A DNA stretch of 32,000 bases from Aliivibrio fischeri ES114 (GCF_000011805.1 NC_006840.2); one strand, 5' to 3'. Numbered from the stretch's first letter, positions 1-11,326 are shown. The notes: generated by a model not told the origin, from the letters alone. Made by a program: numbers and translations.

Positions 1-1
1 T

Positions 2-3000
2 GAGACTAATACTTTTAATGCAACAACTATTGCTATGGCTGATTATGATATGGAAAGCCTTAGTGAAGAGATTAACTTTGAAGCAGCAAAGCTTGCTCGT
101 GAAGTTGCAGATAAATGGACCGAGAAGACACCAAATAAGCCTCGTTATGTCGCAGGAGTGCTTGGACCAACAAACCGAACTTGTTCTATTTCTCCAGATG
201 TAAATGATCCAGGCTTTCGTAATGTATCGTTTGATGAATTAGTGGAAGCTTATTCAGAGTCAACTCGAGCACTTATTAGAGGTGGCTCAGATCTTATTCT
301 TATCGAAACTATTTTTGATACATTAAATGCTAAAGCGTGTTCTTTTGCTGTCGAGTCTGTTTTTGAAGAGCTTGATATTACTCTGCCCGTTATGATTTCA
401 GGGACAATTACTGACGCATCAGGAAGAACCTTATCGGGACAAACAACAGAAGCTTTTTATAATGCATTAAGACATGTAAAACCTATTTCTTTTGGTCTTA
501 ATTGTGCGCTTGGTCCTGATGAATTACGTGAATATGTAAGCGATCTTTCACGTATTTCTGAATGTTATGTTTCTGCTCACCCAAACGCTGGTTTACCTAA
601 TGCATTTGGTGAGTATGATTTATCCCCTGAAGATATGGCTGAGCATGTTGCGGAATGGGCAAGTAGCGGATTTTTAAATCTCATTGGTGGATGTTGTGGC
701 ACCACTCCTGAACATATTCGTCAAATGGCTTTAGTTGTTGAAGGTGTGAAACCTCGACAATTACCTGAATTACCCGTCGCTTGTCGTCTTTCCGGATTAG
801 AGCCTTTAACAATAGAAAAAGATTCTTTGTTTATTAATGTTGGTGAACGTACAAATGTTACTGGATCTGCTCGTTTTAAACGCTTAATTAAAGAAGAGCT
901 TTATGATGAAGCACTAAGTGTTGCTCAAGAGCAAGTTGAAAACGGTGCTCAAATTATCGATATCAACATGGATGAAGGCATGCTTGATGCTGAAGCATGT
1001 ATGGTTCGTTTTTTAAATCTTTGTGCATCAGAGCCTGAAATATCTAAAGTTCCAGTGATGGTTGATTCTTCTAAATGGGAAGTAATTGAAGCTGGATTAA
1101 AGTGTATTCAAGGTAAGGGGATAGTTAATTCAATCTCTTTAAAGGAAGGCAAAGAAAAGTTTGTACATCAAGCCAAGTTAATACGTCGCTATGGTGCTGC
1201 AGTGATCGTTATGGCTTTTGATGAAGTCGGCCAAGCGGACACTCGTGAGCGTAAAATTGAAATTTGTACCAATGCCTACAATATTTTAGTTGATGAAGTT
1301 GGTTTCCCACCTGAAGATATTATTTTTGATCCTAATATTTTTGCGGTTGCTACAGGTATCGATGAGCATAATAACTATGCAGTAGACTTTATTGAAGCTG
1401 TTGGTGATATAAAGCGAACTCTTCCTCATGCAATGATTTCAGGTGGTGTTTCTAACGTCTCTTTTTCTTTCCGTGGAAATAACTACGTTCGTGAAGCTAT
1501 CCATGCCGTATTTTTATATCACTGTTTTAAAAATGGTATGGATATGGGTATCGTAAATGCAGGACAGTTGGAAATATACGATAACGTACCAGAAGATTTG
1601 CGTGAAGCGGTTGAAGATGTAGTTCTGAATCGTAGAGATGATTCTACGGAACGTTTACTTGATATTGCAACTGAGTATTTAGAACGAGCTGTTGGTAAAG
1701 TTGAAGATAAATCAGCTTTAGAGTGGCGTGATTGGCCTGTTGAAAAACGTCTTGAACATTCTCTAGTGAAGGGGATAACAGAGTTTATTGTCGAAGATAC
1801 AGAAGAAGCTCGAATCAATGCAGAAAAACCAATAGAAGTAATTGAAGGGCCATTGATGGACGGAATGAACGTCGTCGGTGATCTTTTTGGTGAAGGAAAA
1901 ATGTTCCTTCCTCAAGTAGTAAAGTCTGCTCGTGTAATGAAACAAGCAGTTGCTCATTTAGAACCGTTTATTAATGCGTCCAAAGAAGTTGGAGCAACAA
2001 ATGGAAAAATACTTTTAGCAACGGTAAAAGGGGATGTTCATGATATTGGTAAGAATATCGTTGGCGTTGTTTTACAGTGTAATAATTATGAGATAATTGA
2101 TCTTGGTGTCATGGTCTCTTGTGAAACTATCTTAAAAGTAGCCAAAGAAGAAAATGTAGACATCATTGGTTTATCTGGATTGATAACACCATCATTAGAT
2201 GAAATGGTCCATGTTGCTAAAGAGATGGAACGACAAGGGTTCGATTTACCACTATTGATTGGTGGGGCAACAACTTCAAAAGCACATACAGCGGTAAAAA
2301 TTGAACAAAACTATTCTCAACCTGTTGTGTATGTCAACAATGCTTCTCGAGCTGTAGGTGTCTGTACGTCACTACTTTCCGATGAACTAAAACCTTCTTT
2401 CGTTGAGAAGCTAGATATTGATTACGAACGAGTTAGAGAGCAGCATAGTCGTAAACAACCGCGAACTAAGCCTGTGACTTTAGAGGTTGCTCGAGCGAAT
2501 AAAGTTGCTATTGACTGGGCTTCTTATACACCTCCTGTCCCACTGAAGCCTGGTGTACATATATTTGATAATTTTGATGTTTCAACATTGCGTAATTATA
2601 TTGATTGGACCCCATTTTTTATGACTTGGTCTCTTGTTGGGAAATACCCAAAGATCTTAGATCATGAAGAAGTAGGTGAAGAAGCCAAACGATTATTTAA
2701 AGATGCAAATGATCTATTAGATCGAGTTGAAAAAGAAGGGTTACTTAAAGCCCGTGGAATGTGTGCGCTATTTCCAGCTTCTAGTGTTGGTGATGATATT
2801 GAAGTTTATACTGATGAATCACGCACTAAAGTTGCAAAAGTACTTCACAATTTGCGACAACAAACGGAGAAACCGAAAGGTTTTAACTACTGTTTATCTG
2901 ATTATATAGCCCCCAAAGAATCGGGTAAAAATGATTGGATCGGTGGTTTTGCTGTAACTGGTGGTATTGGTGAGCGTGAACTAGCCGATGAATATAAAGC

Positions 3001-3439
3001 AAATGGTGATGATTATAACGCTATCATGATTCAAGCGGTGGCTGATCGTCTAGCTGAAGCCTTTGCTGAATATTTACATGAAAAAGTACGTAAAGAAATT
3101 TGGGGTTACTCTCCTAATGAGACACTTTCAAATGACGATTTAATCCGTGAGAAATACCAAGGTATTCGTCCTGCTCCTGGTTACCCAGCTTGTCCTGAAC
3201 ATACAGAAAAAGGGGCTTTATGGGAGCTAATGAATGTTGAAGAATCTATTGGAATGTCTTTAACATCAAGCTATGCAATGTGGCCCGGTGCATCTGTGTC
3301 AGGAATGTATTTTTCACATCCGGATTCTCGTTATTTTGCGATTGCTCAGATTCAGCAAGATCAAGCCGAAAGCTATGCCGATCGTAAAGGTTGGAATATG
3401 CTTGAAGCTGAGAAGTGGTTAGGTCCAAATTTGAATTAA
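2..3439 (+). CDS. metH: Cobalamin-dependent methionine synthase, 5'-truncated by the window edge
   Basis: Frame is open from base 2 ([19 protein letters not shown]...). Motifs include [33 protein letters not shown], cobalamin-binding [17 protein letters not shown] and the C-terminal activation domain ending [18 protein letters not shown]. The track ATG at 35 is internal. Confidence 0.97.
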   Translation, partial: ETNTFNATTIAMADYDMESLSEEINFEAAKLAREVADKWTEKTPNKPRYVAGVLGPTNRTCSISPDVNDPGFRNVSFDELVEAYSESTRALIRGGSDLILIETIFDTLNAKACSFAVESVFEELDITLPVMISGTITDASGRTLSGQTTEAFYNALRHVKPISFGLNCALGPDELREYVSDLSRISECYVSAHPNAGLPNAFGEYDLSPEDMAEHVAEWASSGFLNLIGGCCGTTPEHIRQMALVVEGVKPRQLPELPVACRLSGLEPLTIEKDSLFINVGERTNVTGSARFKRLIKEELYDEALSVAQEQVENGAQIIDINMDEGMLDAEACMVRFLNLCASEPEISKVPVMVDSSKWEVIEAGLKCIQGKGIVNSISLKEGKEKFVHQAKLIRRYGAAVIVMAFDEVGQADTRERKIEICTNAYNILVDEVGFPPEDIIFDPNIFAVATGIDEHNNYAVDFIEAVGDIKRTLPHAMISGGVSNVSFSFRGNNYVREAIHAVFLYHCFKNGMDMGIVNAGQLEIYDNVPEDLREAVEDVVLNRRDDSTERLLDIATEYLERAVGKVEDKSALEWRDWPVEKRLEHSLVKGITEFIVEDTEEARINAEKPIEVIEGPLMDGMNVVGDLFGEGKMFLPQVVKSARVMKQAVAHLEPFINASKEVGATNGKILLATVKGDVHDIGKNIVGVVLQCNNYEIIDLGVMVSCETILKVAKEENVDIIGLSGLITPSLDEMVHVAKEMERQGFDLPLLIGGATTSKAHTAVKIEQNYSQPVVYVNNASRAVGVCTSLLSDELKPSFVEKLDIDYERVREQHSRKQPRTKPVTLEVARANKVAIDWASYTPPVPLKPGVHIFDNFDVSTLRNYIDWTPFFMTWSLVGKYPKILDHEEVGEEAKRLFKDANDLLDRVEKEGLLKARGMCALFPASSVGDDIEVYTDESRTKVAKVLHNLRQQTEKPKGFNYCLSDYIAPKESGKNDWIGGFAVTGGIGERELADEYKANGDDYNAIMIQAVADRLAEAFAEYLHEKVRKEIWGYSPNETLSNDDLIREKYQGIRPAPGYPACPEHTEKGALWELMNVEESIGMSLTSSYAMWPGASVSGMYFSHPDSRYFAIAQIQQDQAESYADRKGWNMLEAEKWLGPNLN

Positions 3440-3460
3440 TAGTGAATTGACCTTTTAAAC

Positions 3461-3494
3461 TAAAAATGCCCATTAAATGTAATGGGCATTTTTG
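3461..3494. terminator. Bidirectional Rho-independent terminator between convergent metH and lysC
   Basis: AAAAATGCCCATT-aaatgt-AATGGGCATTTTT inverted repeat flanked by A and T tracts. Confidence 0.85.
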
Positions 3495-3504
3495 TATGTA
3501 TCAC

Positions 3505-4857
3505 TTATTGTTCAAAAAGTTCTTTGTGCAAGATTTTAACGGCTTGTTTAGATTCAGACTCATGAAGTAAGAAACATAAGTTATGTTGACTAGCACCATA
3601 ACAAATCATACGTAAATTAAACTCCTCTAAAGTACCAAACACTTGTTTTGCTGAGCCTTTTGAATGACTCATTTTGTTACCTATTAATGCGATTAAACAA
3701 AGATTATGTTCAACTTCAACAGTACATAATTCTTCTAATTCTTGTTGTGCTTCAAGTGGAAGCTCTGGAGCTTTACCATTGGTGTTTGTTTGATCTAAAG
3801 TAAGAGCAACGCTTACTTCTGAAGTTGTAATTAAATCTACAGAAATTTGGTATTTAGCTAAAATCTTGAAAACTTCAGCTAAGAAGCCATATGCATGGAA
3901 CATACTTGGGCTATGCAGTGTTACCATTGTTTGGTTACAACGAAGGGTTAGCGCCCTAAATAAAGGAGTACTATCAACTTTTTCTTTAATCCAAGTCCCT
4001 CCTTTTTCTGGTTCTTTTGATGAGCCAACAAAAACAGGAATTTGATGACGAAGCGCAGGGAGAAGTGTTGATGGGTGTAAGATCTTTGCACCGTAATTTG
4101 CCATTTCAGAGGCTTCGCTAAAGCTAATTTCTGGAATCGGTGACGCTTTGGGAGCAATGCGAGGATCCGTGGTATAAATCCCTGGTACATCTGTCCAGAT
4201 TTCTAATCCGCATGCATCTACAGACTCAGCAATCAGTGCTGCACTATAATCACTGCCACCACGACCCAAAGTTGTTGTATTTCCTTCGCTATCAGAACCA
4301 ATAAACCCTTGAGTCACCACAATCTGTTGTTGACAAAGAGGAGTCAGTTTTTTTTGAGCTAAACGAGATATATCATTAAGTTGTGGTTCACCTTTTCCAA
4401 AACGAGAATCAGTGCGCAAAACAGTGCGAATATCAAAACGTACTGCAGGGTTTCCTCGCTCAATGAGTAATTGAGTGAATAAGTGAGTAGACATGAGCTC
4501 ACCACAAGAGACTAGATGATCGGTTAATTTATCATTTGATTGAGATGCTGCCGTTTCTGCTGTTTTTTCAATATCATCCAATATATCTAATATAGCTTGC
4601 TCTGGAATAAGTGGATCTGCGAGCTGATCTAACACAGAAAAATGAATGGTTTTTAATCCTTCAAGAATTGCTTTTTTTCTGTGATTATCTTGAACGCCAT
4701 TAGCAAGCTCAACAAGAAGATTAGTCACGCCAGAGCAGGCGCTAATCACTACAAGGTGAGTATTTGGATTTTGTTCAATGACACTTGCACTTTTCGTCAT
4801 TGCCTCGAAATTTGCAACGCTAGTACCGCCAAATTTGGCAACATTAATAGGGTTCAC
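3505..4857 (-). CDS. lysC: Lysine-sensitive aspartokinase III
   Basis: N-terminus NVAKFGGTSVANFEAM, GFIGSDSEGNTTTLGRGGSDYSAAL and C-terminal ACT-like region. GTG start preceded by AGGATA. A lysine riboswitch lies upstream. Confidence 0.95.
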   Translation of the reverse strand: MNPINVAKFGGTSVANFEAMTKSASVIEQNPNTHLVVISACSGVTNLLVELANGVQDNHRKKAILEGLKTIHFSVLDQLADPLIPEQAILDILDDIEKTAETAASQSNDKLTDHLVSCGELMSTHLFTQLLIERGNPAVRFDIRTVLRTDSRFGKGEPQLNDISRLAQKKLTPLCQQQIVVTQGFIGSDSEGNTTTLGRGGSDYSAALIAESVDACGLEIWTDVPGIYTTDPRIAPKASPIPEISFSEASEMANYGAKILHPSTLLPALRHQIPVFVGSSKEPEKGGTWIKEKVDSTPLFRALTLRCNQTMVTLHSPSMFHAYGFLAEVFKILAKYQISVDLITTSEVSVALTLDQTNTNGKAPELPLEAQQELEELCTVEVEHNLCLIALIGNKMSHSKGSAKQVFGTLEEFNLRMICYGASQHNLCFLLHESESKQAVKILHKELFEQ

Positions 4858-4883
4858 TATCCTGTCTCCCGACTACATCCAGT

Positions 4884-4941
4884 GTAAAAATAAATGTGAA
4901 GAAGCGATAGCAATAAGAGTGGTTTGCTAGAAGCTCTTCAC
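4884..4941 (-). terminator. Candidate riboswitch expression-platform hairpin (terminator-like)
   Basis: Minus-strand GTGAAGAGCTTCTAGCAA pairs with TTGCTATCGCTTCTTCAC (13 Watson-Crick plus 2 G-U of 18, 10-nt loop), followed by ATTTATTTTTAC. The 5' arm overlaps the aptamer 3' closing strand. Confidence 0.5.
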
Positions 4942-5092
4942 TTAATAAATTAAGTGACAATCGTTAGGATTCAGCCTAAACGACCGACAATCCTACTCCC
5001 AATAGGATCATCTCGGCATTACTCTCCCTCACTTATTTGTGTAGGAGTTTGGGCTCCACAAATTAAGCTACCTAGGTAATGCTCCTCTTCTT
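4927..5092 (-). promoter_or_regulatory. Lysine riboswitch (L-box) aptamer upstream of lysC
   Basis: The minus strand reads AGAAGAGGAGCATTACC..GTGGAGCCCAAACTCC..TGAGGGAGAGTAATGCCGAGATGATCC..GTCGGTCGTTTAGGCTGAATCCTAACGATTGTCACTT. This matches conserved blocks of the E. coli lysC leader (AGAAGAGGCGC, GGAGCCAGUCC, GCCGAGGUGA, GGCUGAAUCC, GUUGUCACC). Boundaries are approximate. Confidence 0.92.
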
Positions 5093-5308
5093 TATATTTC
5101 AAAAATGAAATACGTTTCAATAATGTGCTTTTTTATGAATCAAATGTCAATTGTTGGTAATGTTTTTTTTACTTTTCTTTTGTTTTAAGTGAAAAGTACC
5201 TTTATAGGGCTATTTTTCGTAATTAAGTCACTCTAATCAAATAGTCTAATTGAGTTTAATTTTTCTTATGTCTATTCTTTAATCACCTCATATTGATAGG
5301 AGTTTATA

Positions 5309-6421
5309 ATGCAAAGTTTTATACCACCGAAAAGAACCCTTATGGGACCTGGTCCTTCTGACATTTCTCCTCAAGTTTTACAAGCATTAAGCCGTCCCAC
5401 TATCGGTCACCTTGATCCATTATTTATTAAAATGATGGATGAAGTTAAAGAGCTACTCAAGTACGCATTTCAAACTAAAAATGACTTTACTATTGCAGTT
5501 TCAGCCCCAGGTAGTGCAGGGATGGAAACATGCTTTGTGAATTTAGTTGAAGAAGGCGAGAAAGTACTCGTATGTCGTAATGGTGTATTTGGTGAACGAA
5601 TGCGACAAAATGTAGAACGCTGTGGTGGTATTCCTATTATTATCGATGATAAATGGGGTGAACCTGTTTCATTAGATAAAGTCGCGCAAGCATTGGAAGA
5701 AAACCCTGATATTAGCGTTGTTGCTTTTGTGCATGCGGAAACATCTACTGGAGTTCTTAGTGATGCAAAAGCGATTGCACAAATTGCGAGACAATATAAT
5801 TGTTTAACCATTGTGGATGCAGTGACTTCGTTAGGTGGTGTACCTTTGTTAGTTGATGAATGGCAGTTAGATGCGGTTTATTCTGGTTCTCAAAAATGCT
5901 TATCTTGTACTCCTGGATTATCTCCTGTTACTTTTTCTGATAAAGCAGTTGCTAAAATGAAATCGAGATCCTCGGTAGTACAAAGTTGGTTTTTAGATCA
6001 AAGTTTGGTTCTTGGGTATTGGAGTGGAGAAGGAAAGCGCAGTTATCACCATACTGCACCAGTAAATAGTTTATATGCTTTGCATGAATCACTGTTAATG
6101 CTTAAACATGAAGGAATTGAGCAGGCGTGGCAGCGTCATGCTGATTATCACCAAGAGTTAAAACAAGGCCTTGAAGCGTTAGGGATTAAGTTTATTGTTG
6201 ATGAAGAATATCGTTTACCACAATTGAATGCCGTATATATACCTGTAGGTATTTCTGATACTCAAGTTAGAGAGCAGTTGCTAGAGGAATATAATTTAGA
6301 GATCGGTGCTGGTTTAGGTGAACTTGCTGGTAAGGCATGGCGTATCGGTCTTATGGGATACGCAGCAAAAAAAGAGAATGTCGCATTGTGCTTAAAAGCA
6401 TTATCTGATGTTTTAAAGTAA
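5309..6421 (+). CDS. PLP-dependent class V aminotransferase (serine-pyruvate / alanine-glyoxylate aminotransferase family)
   Basis: MGPGPSDISPQVLQALSRPTIGHLDP N-terminus; FVHAETSTGVLSDAKAIAQIA; VDAVTSLGGVPLLVDEWQLDAVYSGSQKCLSC (putative PLP lysine). AGGAG RBS upstream. Same position as V. cholerae VC0392 (from memory). Confidence 0.88.
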   Translation: MQSFIPPKRTLMGPGPSDISPQVLQALSRPTIGHLDPLFIKMMDEVKELLKYAFQTKNDFTIAVSAPGSAGMETCFVNLVEEGEKVLVCRNGVFGERMRQNVERCGGIPIIIDDKWGEPVSLDKVAQALEENPDISVVAFVHAETSTGVLSDAKAIAQIARQYNCLTIVDAVTSLGGVPLLVDEWQLDAVYSGSQKCLSCTPGLSPVTFSDKAVAKMKSRSSVVQSWFLDQSLVLGYWSGEGKRSYHHTAPVNSLYALHESLLMLKHEGIEQAWQRHADYHQELKQGLEALGIKFIVDEEYRLPQLNAVYIPVGISDTQVREQLLEEYNLEIGAGLGELAGKAWRIGLMGYAAKKENVALCLKALSDVLK

Positions 6422-6430
6422 ATATTAAAT

Positions 6431-6460
6431 AAAACAGCCACTAAATCCCGTGGCTGTTTA
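6431..6460. terminator. Bidirectional terminator between the convergent aminotransferase and membrane ligase genes
   Basis: AAACAGCCAC-taaatccc-GTGGCTGTTTA. Confidence 0.8.
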
Positions 6461-6472
6461 TGCTAATAGTTT

Positions 6473-8233
6473 TTAGTTAGTCATCTGTAATTTCTTATCG
6501 AGTTGTACGGATTCAAATTTACTTTTTGGAAAGAGGAATATGGCTTCTCTTCTTATATCTTCCGCTCTTTTTTCATCTCCCAACGCTTGATAAGCAATGA
6601 TTAAGTTTTGATAAAAAGCAGGTCTTGGTTTGGTTTTTATTAATTCTTGTGACCACTCAATATAGGGTTTAATTAGTTCTGGTTTCTTATTAATAATACC
6701 GATTTTTAATTGTGTCGAAAGTACGTCCCAATTGAATCTATCCTCCCACACAACAGGGTTGGTTACTCGACTTAAAATGTCTGGATTCATTGGTTTTGTG
6801 GTTTCAAATTGAGTTAATACCCAGTTTGTATGTAGTGTTGATAGCATATAAAAACCAGTCACAATAGGTAGCACTAATGAACTGACACGTAGGGTGATTT
6901 TACTGATATCACTGATTCGATATTTTTTGTATTTACAGCTTAATTGGTCAATCCAAAATAAGAGAATAATAAAAGTAAACCAATGAATCATTGAATGATA
7001 AAAAGGGTACTCTAACTGACTATGAATAAAAATGGGGGCAATTAAAGCAAGTAGAGCAAATTGAGTATCCAGTTTGCTTCGTCGTATTTTGGCTAAGACA
7101 CCGCCAGCGGCAAGTAATAAACCTAAAATAGCGACAATACCACCTTCAACTCCCCAGTATAGAATTTCGTTATGAGGGTGATCCATTGACGGTTCACCTG
7201 CTCTATAGTCAGAAGATAATTGATGCTGTTTCGCTGTATAAAGAATGTATTCAGCTTCGAAATTACCATAACCATAACCTGTGACGGGTTTTTCTAAAAA
7301 CATATCCAGAGCTTGAGGAAAAATATATTCTCTTGCGCTCTCTAAATCGGCTTTTTTACTAATAAGTGTTACGTTTGATATATCATCATTTTTGGATAAA
7401 TCGAGTAGAGCAAAGCTCCCACTAAAACCAACTACTAGCGCTAGCAACCAAGAAATAAAACGTGGTTTAGTACAGTATTTCCACATATAAGGAACAAGCA
7501 GAACTAAACTAAAAGTCGCAGATAACCAACCAGTACGAGAAGCTAAAACAACAATTAAAGGTAGAGTGAATATGATTGTTGCGTAGAGTAAGGTTAATGC
7601 AATGATATTTTCTCGATACTTTATCGGTTGTCTTGCAAGGAAATAAGAGGCAATGGCCAAACCGGTTACGAGAAAGCTTGCCATAACATTGGGTTGTTGG
7701 AAAATACCATAAGGGCGATTTACTATTACGTTATAACCAAATGAATTCCCGGTTTCTAAAAACAGATATTGAATATAGCCAAATAGAGTTTCAATAAGAA
7801 CTGAACCAATGATGCACCATAACAGCCATTGCTTCTGCTTATTTGAAAATGAAAATTGTTGTAGAGTAATAAAAAAGAGTAATCCAGCCCATAGGCCTAA
7901 AAACTTTCCGGTAGCAAGATGTGGGGATGCCTCTTGATAAAGTAACGGAATTGATAATAAACATACCGAGATGAATAGTACGATGCTTAATGTCGAAAAT
8001 TTAAGTATGCCTTGCTTTGCTATATGAAAAAGAGCAATAGCAATAGCGATACTTGCAGGGATCCAAGAAGCGGCATTAAATGCAAGGTGAAGGCCAGAAC
8101 CGCCAGGATTTGGCTGAAAAAAGTGGGCACAAAAAAAGAAAAGAATGGTAAGGCTGAGTAAAAAAGATTTGGTTAGAGGCTTTTTGATTTTTTTTGCTTC
8201 TAATAGGGTGCCTTGAGTTAAGAGCGTAGCCAT
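6473..8233 (-). CDS. Polytopic membrane ligase with Wzy_C domain (PglL-like O-oligosaccharyltransferase / O-antigen ligase family)
   Basis: 586 aa with many TM segments; motifs TGYGYGNFEAEY and DHPHNEILYWGVEGG typical of Wzy_C/PglL proteins; soluble helical C-terminal region. Same genomic position as V. cholerae VC0393 (pglL, from memory). Confidence 0.78.
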   Translation of the reverse strand: MATLLTQGTLLEAKKIKKPLTKSFLLSLTILFFFCAHFFQPNPGGSGLHLAFNAASWIPASIAIAIALFHIAKQGILKFSTLSIVLFISVCLLSIPLLYQEASPHLATGKFLGLWAGLLFFITLQQFSFSNKQKQWLLWCIIGSVLIETLFGYIQYLFLETGNSFGYNVIVNRPYGIFQQPNVMASFLVTGLAIASYFLARQPIKYRENIIALTLLYATIIFTLPLIVVLASRTGWLSATFSLVLLVPYMWKYCTKPRFISWLLALVVGFSGSFALLDLSKNDDISNVTLISKKADLESAREYIFPQALDMFLEKPVTGYGYGNFEAEYILYTAKQHQLSSDYRAGEPSMDHPHNEILYWGVEGGIVAILGLLLAAGGVLAKIRRSKLDTQFALLALIAPIFIHSQLEYPFYHSMIHWFTFIILLFWIDQLSCKYKKYRISDISKITLRVSSLVLPIVTGFYMLSTLHTNWVLTQFETTKPMNPDILSRVTNPVVWEDRFNWDVLSTQLKIGIINKKPELIKPYIEWSQELIKTKPRPAFYQNLIIAYQALGDEKRAEDIRREAIFLFPKSKFESVQLDKKLQMTN

Positions 8234-8256
8234 TTTCCAACTATTTCCTTATATAA

Positions 8257-8286
8257 TAAAGCCAACAAAAATGTTGGCCTTATTCT
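8257..8286. terminator. Hairpin between the membrane ligase and uvrA 3' end, probably the uvrA terminator
   Basis: AATAAaGCCAAC-aaaaat-GTTGGCcTTATT located just downstream of the uvrA stop on the minus strand. Confidence 0.5.
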
Positions 8287-8329
8287 ATCTTATCCATAGA
8301 TGAAAGTGCGGACTTTCTGCTGAGTTACG

Positions 8330-11155
8330 TTATTTTAGCATCGGTTTTAAGAAGCGTGCCGTATGAGAGCCTTCAACTTGTGCAACATCTTCAGGTGTGC
8401 CTTCTGCTATGATCTCACCGCCGCCTTGACCGCCTTCTGGACCTAAATCAACAATCCAGTCAGCTGTTTTCACTACATCCAAGTTATGCTCAATTACGAC
8501 AATTGTATTGCCTCGTTCACGCAGACGATGAAGAACCGTTAATAATTGTTGTATATCATGAAAGTGAAGACCTGTTGTTGGTTCATCAAGGATATACAGT
8601 GTTTTACCTGTATCTCGTTTTGAGAGTTCTCTTGCTAGTTTTACACGTTGAGCCTCACCACCCGAAAGAGTGGTGGCTGCCTGACCTAAGCGAATATAAG
8701 AGAGTCCAACATCCATTAAAGTTTGTAGCTTACGAGCAATAACAGGAACTGGCTCAAAGAAGGTATGAGCATCTTCAATGGTCATTTGAAGGACTTCATC
8801 AATACTTTTTCCTTTGTATTTTACTTCTAATGTCTCGCGGTTATATCGCTTACCTGAACAAACATCACATGGAACATAAACGTCTGGCAAGAAGTGCATT
8901 TCTACTTTGATAACACCATCACCCTGACATGCTTCACAACGTCCACCTCGAACGTTAAAGCTAAATCGGCCAGGTTTATAACCACGAGAGCGTGATTCTG
9001 GTGTTCCAGAGAAAAGCTCACGTATCGGTGTGAAAATACCAGTATAAGTTGCTGGATTTGAACGAGGTGTTCGACCTATTGGGCTTTGATCAATATCGAT
9101 AACTTTATCAAAATGTTCGATACCTTTAATTTTTTTATACGGAGCTGGCTCTGATGTGGTGGCTCCGTTCAATTGAGTATGAGCAATTTTAAAGAAAGTA
9201 TCATTGATTAAGGTTGATTTACCTGAACCTGAAACCCCCGTGATACATGTAAACAATCCTACAGGCAGCTTTAATGTCACGTTCTTTAAGTTGTTTCCTG
9301 TGGCTCCAATAAGTTCTACTTGTTTCTTCGGATCAGCTTTAACACGCTCATTTGGTACCGCTATTTCTTTTGTTCCATTTAAATATTGGCCAGTTAATGA
9401 TTCTGGGTTTGAAATGATGGCCTCATAATCACCTTCGGCAACAATATGACCACCATGAACACCAGCTCCTGGTCCAATATCAATGATATGATCGGCACTG
9501 CGAATAGCATCTTCATCATGCTCTACTACGATAACCGTATTCCCTAAGTCTCGGAGATGATTTAGCGTCTTTAATAGGCGTTCATTATCTCGTTGATGGA
9601 GACCAATAGATGGCTCATCAAGAACATACATTACACCAACTAGGCCGGCTCCGATTTGACTGGCTAAACGAATACGTTGGGCTTCACCACCGGATAAGGT
9701 ATCGGCACTGCGTGATAAATTGAGATAACTAAGGCCAACATTAATCAAAAAGTGAAGGCGTTCGTTAATCTCTTTCATTACTTTATCGGCAATTTGTGCT
9801 TTTTGCCCTTGTAACGTTAATGAACTAAAGAAAGCCATTGAGTCTTGAATACTCATTTCGCAGATTTCAGGCAATGTGGTATCACCCACAAACACATTTC
9901 TCGCTTCTAAACGTAAGCGTGTACCGTGGCAACTTGAACAAGATTGAGTTGAAATATATTTGGATAGATCATCTCGAACAGCACTTGATTCCGTTTCTTT
10001 ATAGCGACGATCTAGGGTGTTTAATATTCCTTCGAATGGGTGACGTTTGACTCGTAGATCACCACGATCATTACTGTATTGAAATTCAATTTCCTCATTA
10101 CCTGAGCCGTTAAGAATAATGTTTTGGAATTTCTTTGAAATGGATTTAAATGGTGCGAATAAATCAAAACCATAATGTTTAGCAAGTGAACCTAGCATTT
10201 GGAAATAGTAATAATTTTTTTGATCCCAACCTTTAATAGCACCTTCTGCGATACTTAGCTTATCGTCTAAAACGACTCTGTCGGCATCAAAATATTGTTG
10301 TACGCCTAAGCCATCACAAGTGCCACAGGCCCCAGCTGGATTATTAAAAGAGAACAGACGAGGCTCAAGTTCTTGCATGCTATAACCACAATGTGGGCAG
10401 GCAAAGTTCGCAGAGAAGATTAAAGGATCGTGTTCGCTGTCATCCATATAATCGATAACCGCAATACCGCCTGTTAATTCCAAAGCAGTTTCAAATGATT
10501 CTGCGAGGCGTTGTTGAAGATCATCTCTGACCTTAAAGCGATCAACGACAACTTCAATAGTATGTTTTTTATGTAATTCTAATGTCGGTGGATCAGAAAG
10601 ATCGCAAACTTCACCATCAATACGTGCACGAATAAACCCTTGCGCAGCTAGGTTTTCAAGGGTTTTAACATGCTCACCTTTGCGTTCTTTAACAATAGGA
10701 GCTAATAGCATCAGCTTTGTGCCTTCTGGTAGCTCTAATGCTTTGTCTACCATTTGGCTGATAGTCTGTGCAGTTAACTCAACATGGTGCTCAGGGCAGC
10801 GAGGTTCACCAATACGAGCATAAAGAAGACGTAAATAATCGTAAATCTCGGTAATAGTTCCAACCGTTGATCTAGGGTTATGAGAGGTGGACTTTTGTTC
10901 TATTGAAATGGCAGGAGAGAGACCTTCAATGTGGTCTACATCTGGTTTTTCCATTAGAGATAAAAATTGACGAGCGTATGCTGATAAAGATTCAACATAA
11001 CGTCGTTGGCCTTCAGCATATAAGGTATCAAAGGCTAAAGAAGACTTACCTGAACCTGAAAGTCCTGTAATTACAATCAACTTATCTCTTGGGATAGTTA
11101 AGCTGATGTCTTTTAGGTTATGGGTTCTGGCCCCTCTAACTTCAATTTTATCCAT
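8330..11155 (-). CDS. uvrA: Excinuclease ABC subunit A
   Basis: [65 protein letters not shown], zinc-finger CXXC motifs, ABC signatures. Start placed at the internal ATG (MDKIEV). The 15 extra N-terminal residues of the track ORF are not typical of UvrA. Confidence 0.98.
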   Translation of the reverse strand: MDKIEVRGARTHNLKDISLTIPRDKLIVITGLSGSGKSSLAFDTLYAEGQRRYVESLSAYARQFLSLMEKPDVDHIEGLSPAISIEQKSTSHNPRSTVGTITEIYDYLRLLYARIGEPRCPEHHVELTAQTISQMVDKALELPEGTKLMLLAPIVKERKGEHVKTLENLAAQGFIRARIDGEVCDLSDPPTLELHKKHTIEVVVDRFKVRDDLQQRLAESFETALELTGGIAVIDYMDDSEHDPLIFSANFACPHCGYSMQELEPRLFSFNNPAGACGTCDGLGVQQYFDADRVVLDDKLSIAEGAIKGWDQKNYYYFQMLGSLAKHYGFDLFAPFKSISKKFQNIILNGSGNEEIEFQYSNDRGDLRVKRHPFEGILNTLDRRYKETESSAVRDDLSKYISTQSCSSCHGTRLRLEARNVFVGDTTLPEICEMSIQDSMAFFSSLTLQGQKAQIADKVMKEINERLHFLINVGLSYLNLSRSADTLSGGEAQRIRLASQIGAGLVGVMYVLDEPSIGLHQRDNERLLKTLNHLRDLGNTVIVVEHDEDAIRSADHIIDIGPGAGVHGGHIVAEGDYEAIISNPESLTGQYLNGTKEIAVPNERVKADPKKQVELIGATGNNLKNVTLKLPVGLFTCITGVSGSGKSTLINDTFFKIAHTQLNGATTSEPAPYKKIKGIEHFDKVIDIDQSPIGRTPRSNPATYTGIFTPIRELFSGTPESRSRGYKPGRFSFNVRGGRCEACQGDGVIKVEMHFLPDVYVPCDVCSGKRYNRETLEVKYKGKSIDEVLQMTIEDAHTFFEPVPVIARKLQTLMDVGLSYIRLGQAATTLSGGEAQRVKLARELSKRDTGKTLYILDEPTTGLHFHDIQQLLTVLHRLRERGNTIVVIEHNLDVVKTADWIVDLGPEGGQGGGEIIAEGTPEDVAQVEGSHTARFLKPMLK

Positions 11156-11225
11156 GGGAGTCTCACTGCAATAAAAATAACTAAGGGTTAAGTATTGCAC
11201 AGAGTAAGAAAACAGAAAAGCATTT

Positions 11226-11245
11226 TACTGGATAAAAAAACAGTG
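11226..11245. promoter_or_regulatory. LexA (SOS) box upstream of uvrA
   Basis: TACTGGATAAAAAAACAGTG matches CTG-N10-CAG with flanking TA/TG, about 70 bp upstream of the uvrA ATG. Confidence 0.8.
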
Positions 11246-11275
11246 TAGTGATGGTGGGATTAGAGAGGTAAAACA

Positions 11276-11306
11276 AAACGCCCCATGTCTAAACATAGGG
11301 CGTTAT
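11276..11306 (-). terminator. Terminator of galU / polysaccharide operon
   Basis: Minus-strand AACGCCCTATG-tttaga-CATGGGGCGTT (one G-U) followed by TTGTTTT. Confidence 0.8.
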
Positions 11307-11326
11307 TATTTATTTAAGTGTTAGGG

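Noticed and set aside
1519-1957. Antisense ORFs (99 and 64 aa) within metH
   Set aside because: Opposite a strongly conserved coding frame, with no homology-like motifs or initiation signals; chance open frames.
4348-4355. A8 (T8 on +) homopolymer in lysC
   Set aside because: Encodes QKKL with ordinary AAA Lys codons; A/T runs of this size are expected in AT-rich genomes and lysC is an unlikely contingency gene.
5171-5197. ACTTTTC...GAAAAGT inverted repeat between lysC leader and the aminotransferase
   Set aside because: Short and AT-only with weak pairing; cannot be separated from background.
11156-11200. Upstream start of uvrA ([15 protein letters not shown] extension)
   Set aside because: The extension is not typical of UvrA, whose N-terminus is [14 protein letters not shown].
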